Notes under the pieces: generated by a model
The model's input: the letters and a program-made list of their open reading frames with translations, nothing else
The model's database searches: none
What the model was told of the DNA's origin: nothing
Shown here: positions 61,020 through 64,000 of the stretch, piece after piece
How positions within the stretch are numbered: the first letter of the stretch is position 1
Layout: each line of letters begins with the position of its first letter
IMG/VR virus record: IMGVR_UViG_3300025309_000006
Location: 62,001 to 126,000 of that record
Strand: one strand, 5' to 3'
Length of the DNA: 64,000 bases
Program-made: the position numbers and the translations under genes

Positions 61020-62511
61020 CCCCTTTCATTTCTTCGTAATTAGTGTTGAATAGAAGATATTCTTTATCATCAAATATTGGTCTAAAAGCATATTGCTTAG
61101 TTCCTATAGTCATCCAACCTTGTCCTTTCTCAATTCTAGATAAGTAGTCAATAATGTGAGGTGGTATATTCATATAATTACTAATATGTTGCAACTCTAA
61201 AGAAGTTAAATGAAGAATTAAAGTATTGGCACAATTTTTAATAATTAATTCAATATCATCCTTAGAGCAATCAGTGAGGTTCTGGGTGCAAACAAAAATG
61301 CCCACCCCTCTCTTACGATAACCTTTAGCAATTGCTACAACTCTCTTAATTACTGCATCCGTTTTTAAAATATTCCATGCTTCATCAATTACAATAAGAC
61401 AATCTTTAAATTCAGTTTTGAGTAAGAACTTTTCAAAATCCTTAGATATAATAACAATATTCCTTGAAGTTAATTTAGCATATTCACCAGTGATATCAAG
61501 AATATAAATTTTCTTATGTGCAGATATTTTCTTTATAATTGACTTTACTGCAAAACTCTTGCCACTTCCTGAAATTCCAAAAATGAAAAATGAATTATTA
61601 AATGTCTCTGCAAAGTTAATTTTAATTAATTGATGGTTTTGATAATCATATCCAATAGTAATACCTTTGCCGGAAACATATCTTACAAATGGATAGAAAT
61701 TACTAATTGCACTTGTTAAAAATACTTTTAACTCCTTTACATGATCAATTTCTTTGTATGCTCTGAAATTCTTGAAACAATTAAAATGTTCACAATTAGC
61801 AAACTTAAATCTTATCTGCATACCATCTAAAAGCATAGATATTTGCTTTGTTTTTGTTTCTAATTGTTCAAGTGTTTGTCCTTTAATTAAGATATATAAT
61901 CCAACCATGCAAAGTTTTTCTTCATTTCCCATAAGATCAACCATTGTTTTTTGTAACTTCTCTACAATTTCATCTTCTACAAAAAACTCTTGATTTGGGT
62001 TCTTTGAGGCTTTCCAATTTACATTTGCTTCAGTAGTATCAATTCTTTTTTTTACGGCCTTTACAGCCTCTTCTTGTGGCAATGGAAAGATAGTAATAGC
62101 AATCTCAGTGTCAGGAATCATTAGATTGTTTATGAATCCCACAGAAAGCATTTGAGGATATTGGATAACTTTAATTAATTTAGCAAAATATTTTTCATTG
62201 TTTTCAGTGACAGAAATATACTTCCTAAATTCTTTAATTTGGATATTGCTTGAAGTTGAACATTCAGATTGAGCATAGTCCATTCCCGAATTACGCAGGT
62301 TTTCACAAATATCAGAATTGGTAATTAGATAATAACTTGATTCGTTTATTTGTGTATCTTTGTTTAAATAATTTAAATCAGTTTTACAAATTATCCTTGA
62401 TGAATCATTTAGAGAATTTAGCAAATATTTAAACTTGGATCTGAGTAATATTTGATCTTCTTTTGTTGCTAAAAGATAGTTTGCTTTTGGGTAAAGTTGA
62501 TATTGAAACAT
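61000..62511 (-). CDS. Compact VirB4-like ATPase
   Basis: N..IFGISGSGKSF; ILD..GEY; IDEAW; RKRG....CTQ. Confidence 0.8.
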   Translation of the reverse strand: MFQYQLYPKANYLLATKEDQILLRSKFKYLLNSLNDSSRIICKTDLNYLNKDTQINESSYYLITNSDICENLRNSGMDYAQSECSTSSNIQIKEFRKYISVTENNEKYFAKLIKVIQYPQMLSVGFINNLMIPDTEIAITIFPLPQEEAVKAVKKRIDTTEANVNWKASKNPNQEFFVEDEIVEKLQKTMVDLMGNEEKLCMVGLYILIKGQTLEQLETKTKQISMLLDGMQIRFKFANCEHFNCFKNFRAYKEIDHVKELKVFLTSAISNFYPFVRYVSGKGITIGYDYQNHQLIKINFAETFNNSFFIFGISGSGKSFAVKSIIKKISAHKKIYILDITGEYAKLTSRNIVIISKDFEKFLLKTEFKDCLIVIDEAWNILKTDAVIKRVVAIAKGYRKRGVGIFVCTQNLTDCSKDDIELIIKNCANTLILHLTSLELQHISNYMNIPPHIIDYLSRIEKGQGWMTIGTKQYAFRPIFDDKEYLLFNTNYEEMKGVEYSGR

Positions 62512-62776
62512 TTTGTTTTGTCATTCCTTTCCACTTAAATTTAAAGAAAGATACTACTCCTTGGTCTATATCTGTTTTCGTAAGAATTGCTGTAGGAATA
62601 CCAATATTTGGTAATATAAATAATTTTAAATAAATAGGTAAAGTTGTATTAAAAACCGATAATCCAAGTATAACCCCACCTATTAAATAAATAGTTTGTT
62701 TCCCTGTAAGTCCATAAAATATTTCATCCTTCATTTCAATAATTTGATTTGTGTCGAACATTTCAGTATTTAACAT
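62429..62776 (-). CDS. PrgI/VirB3-like membrane protein
   Basis: IFYGLTGKQ followed by two TM segments, directly upstream of the VirB4-like gene. Confidence 0.7.
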   Translation of the reverse strand: MLNTEMFDTNQIIEMKDEIFYGLTGKQTIYLIGGVILGLSVFNTTLPIYLKLFILPNIGIPTAILTKTDIDQGVVSFFKFKWKGMTKQNVSISTLPKSKLSFSNKRRSNITQIQV

Positions 62777-62780
62777 TAAA

Positions 62781-63776
62781 TTACCTCCTTCTACTCGCTC
62801 CTCTTCTTGAAGACATCATACCTCCCATTCTACCAAATCCACTATATCTAATAAGTTTTCTAGGGCTTAATCCATATTTTATCTCTCTAAACATAGCAAC
62901 TGGATTCGGAGCTTGGTGTCCATAACTAATCCATTGTTGAACATATGAAGGTGCTTTTAGCATAAATGATCCTGCCGATATACAAAGCATAATATGATAA
63001 AGTCCTCCGTGATTTGATTTTGATATTGAAGACTCAAATCCTAACCAAATCACCATAATAATCGCATGGATAATTGGAGCAATTAAGTTATCTAATAATT
63101 CATCAATCCATACCTGTCTCATATTTTGATGTTTGGGAAATAAACATAGATAGAAAAATATAGGTGCTGTAGCAACTAGAAACATAATAGAAATCATTCT
63201 CATGAAATAAAACCATATTAAATTGACTAATATCATTGCAAAAATTAAAGTGAATATAATTAGACCTAAACCATACTGTGGAGTTAAAGCTCTGACCATT
63301 TGTGCTTCTGAACCGCCTAGAGATAGAATAACAATGGTAAATTTGTTTGTTGCATCTATTATCATTGGAAGTGCAATTATTGCAATATTTACAATGACCA
63401 TTGATTGAGCTATCTTCACAATATATTCTGTACTCTGATATTTACTACTTTTATTCATAATTTGCATAATTCCAAAATATACAATTCCTGCTATTGAGAA
63501 TGTCATTATGATCTTTAAGAAGAAATAGTATAAAGATAATATTGTAGGATTTTCTGCCAATACATTAGGCGTGTGAAGAAATAATTGTGTAAAATTTTGA
63601 ACTAGAGAATCAGTAATAAAATGTTCTAATCTTCCATTTACTGTAGAAATATCTTGAGGTGTAGGTGCATTAAATAAAGCATCATTAACATTTTGAACTG
63701 TTTCTAGGGATGGAGGTGTGATAAAAAATTTAATTATAGCATCTCCTGCTTCTCCAACAGTGAGCAATGGAATCAT
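62781..63776 (-). CDS. VirB6/TrbL-like polytopic membrane protein
   Basis: Several TMs; R...I.FL...API......P......W; position in the module. Confidence 0.7.
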   Translation of the reverse strand: MIPLLTVGEAGDAIIKFFITPPSLETVQNVNDALFNAPTPQDISTVNGRLEHFITDSLVQNFTQLFLHTPNVLAENPTILSLYYFFLKIIMTFSIAGIVYFGIMQIMNKSSKYQSTEYIVKIAQSMVIVNIAIIALPMIIDATNKFTIVILSLGGSEAQMVRALTPQYGLGLIIFTLIFAMILVNLIWFYFMRMISIMFLVATAPIFFYLCLFPKHQNMRQVWIDELLDNLIAPIIHAIIMVIWLGFESSISKSNHGGLYHIMLCISAGSFMLKAPSYVQQWISYGHQAPNPVAMFREIKYGLSPRKLIRYSGFGRMGGMMSSRRGASRRR

Positions 63777-63806
63777 CCCCTTTATGAAGTTATAATAATT
63801 TTAATC

Positions 63807-64000
63807 TTAAAATTTTGGCATTGTTGGAAATACTCCTTTAAGTATTGTCCAGACAATCTTCACTACCCAAGGCCCAACAATTATAGTTATACATCCACGG
63901 ATTACCGATTCCTTAAGCTCTTTGGATTGAGCTTTCCAATTTCCATTTCCAATGACATCCATGACACCAGCCCAGACTATCATGATCATAGCTAAACCAA
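63807..64000 (-). CDS. VirB2/TrbC-like pilin (5'-truncated by the window edge)
   Basis: Two hydrophobic helices separated by AQSKE.K...G; upstream of the VirB6-like gene. Confidence 0.5.
   Translation of the reverse strand, partial: GLAMIMIVWAGVMDVIGNGNWKAQSKELKESVIRGCITIIVGPWVVKIVWTILKGVFPTMPKF

Noticed and set aside
2319-63408. Many short antisense or overlapping ORFs in the track (e.g. 2319-2516, 12237-12596, 20476-20733, 57016-57288)
   Set aside because: Shadow frames of longer, well-supported genes, without RBS.
1-64000. CRISPR array, tRNA/rRNA, reverse transcriptase (DGR/retron), integrase
   Set aside because: No repeat-spacer array, cloverleaf, RT motif or recombinase other than the tnpA fragment was seen by eye.

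Overview
AT-rich 64 kb segment of a very large Firmicutes temperate siphophage or phage-plasmid. The gene order is SPbeta/c-st-like, and a CWB2 protein plus the amidase type suggest a Clostridia host, possibly Peptococcaceae (inference). Layout: neck/tail genes (1-5.6 kb); a ~12 kb cargo island inside the tail operon; tail chaperones; a tape-measure gene split by an ORF-less group I intron with an atypical P7 (19497-19815); baseplate/fibre genes including glycoside-hydrolase-like and deacetylase-like proteins; an HNH gene interrupted by a degenerate IS607 element with intact TnpB and omega-RNA (36470-37996); an amidase/holin lysis cassette; a long accessory region (GIY-YIG/HNH/DUF559-type endonucleases, RepL-like, RNase H-like, transglutaminase-like pair, ADP-ribosyltransferase-like); and, on the minus strand, a DGQHR/DndB-like gene next to a minimal conjugation-like module (relaxase, VirD4, VirB4, PrgI, VirB6, pilin). 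The most novel-looking signal is a repeated structured leader RNA (three-way junction, palindromic loop, loop-to-RBS pseudoknot) in front of unrelated free-standing endonuclease genes. All calls come from manual motif reading; no database searches were run.
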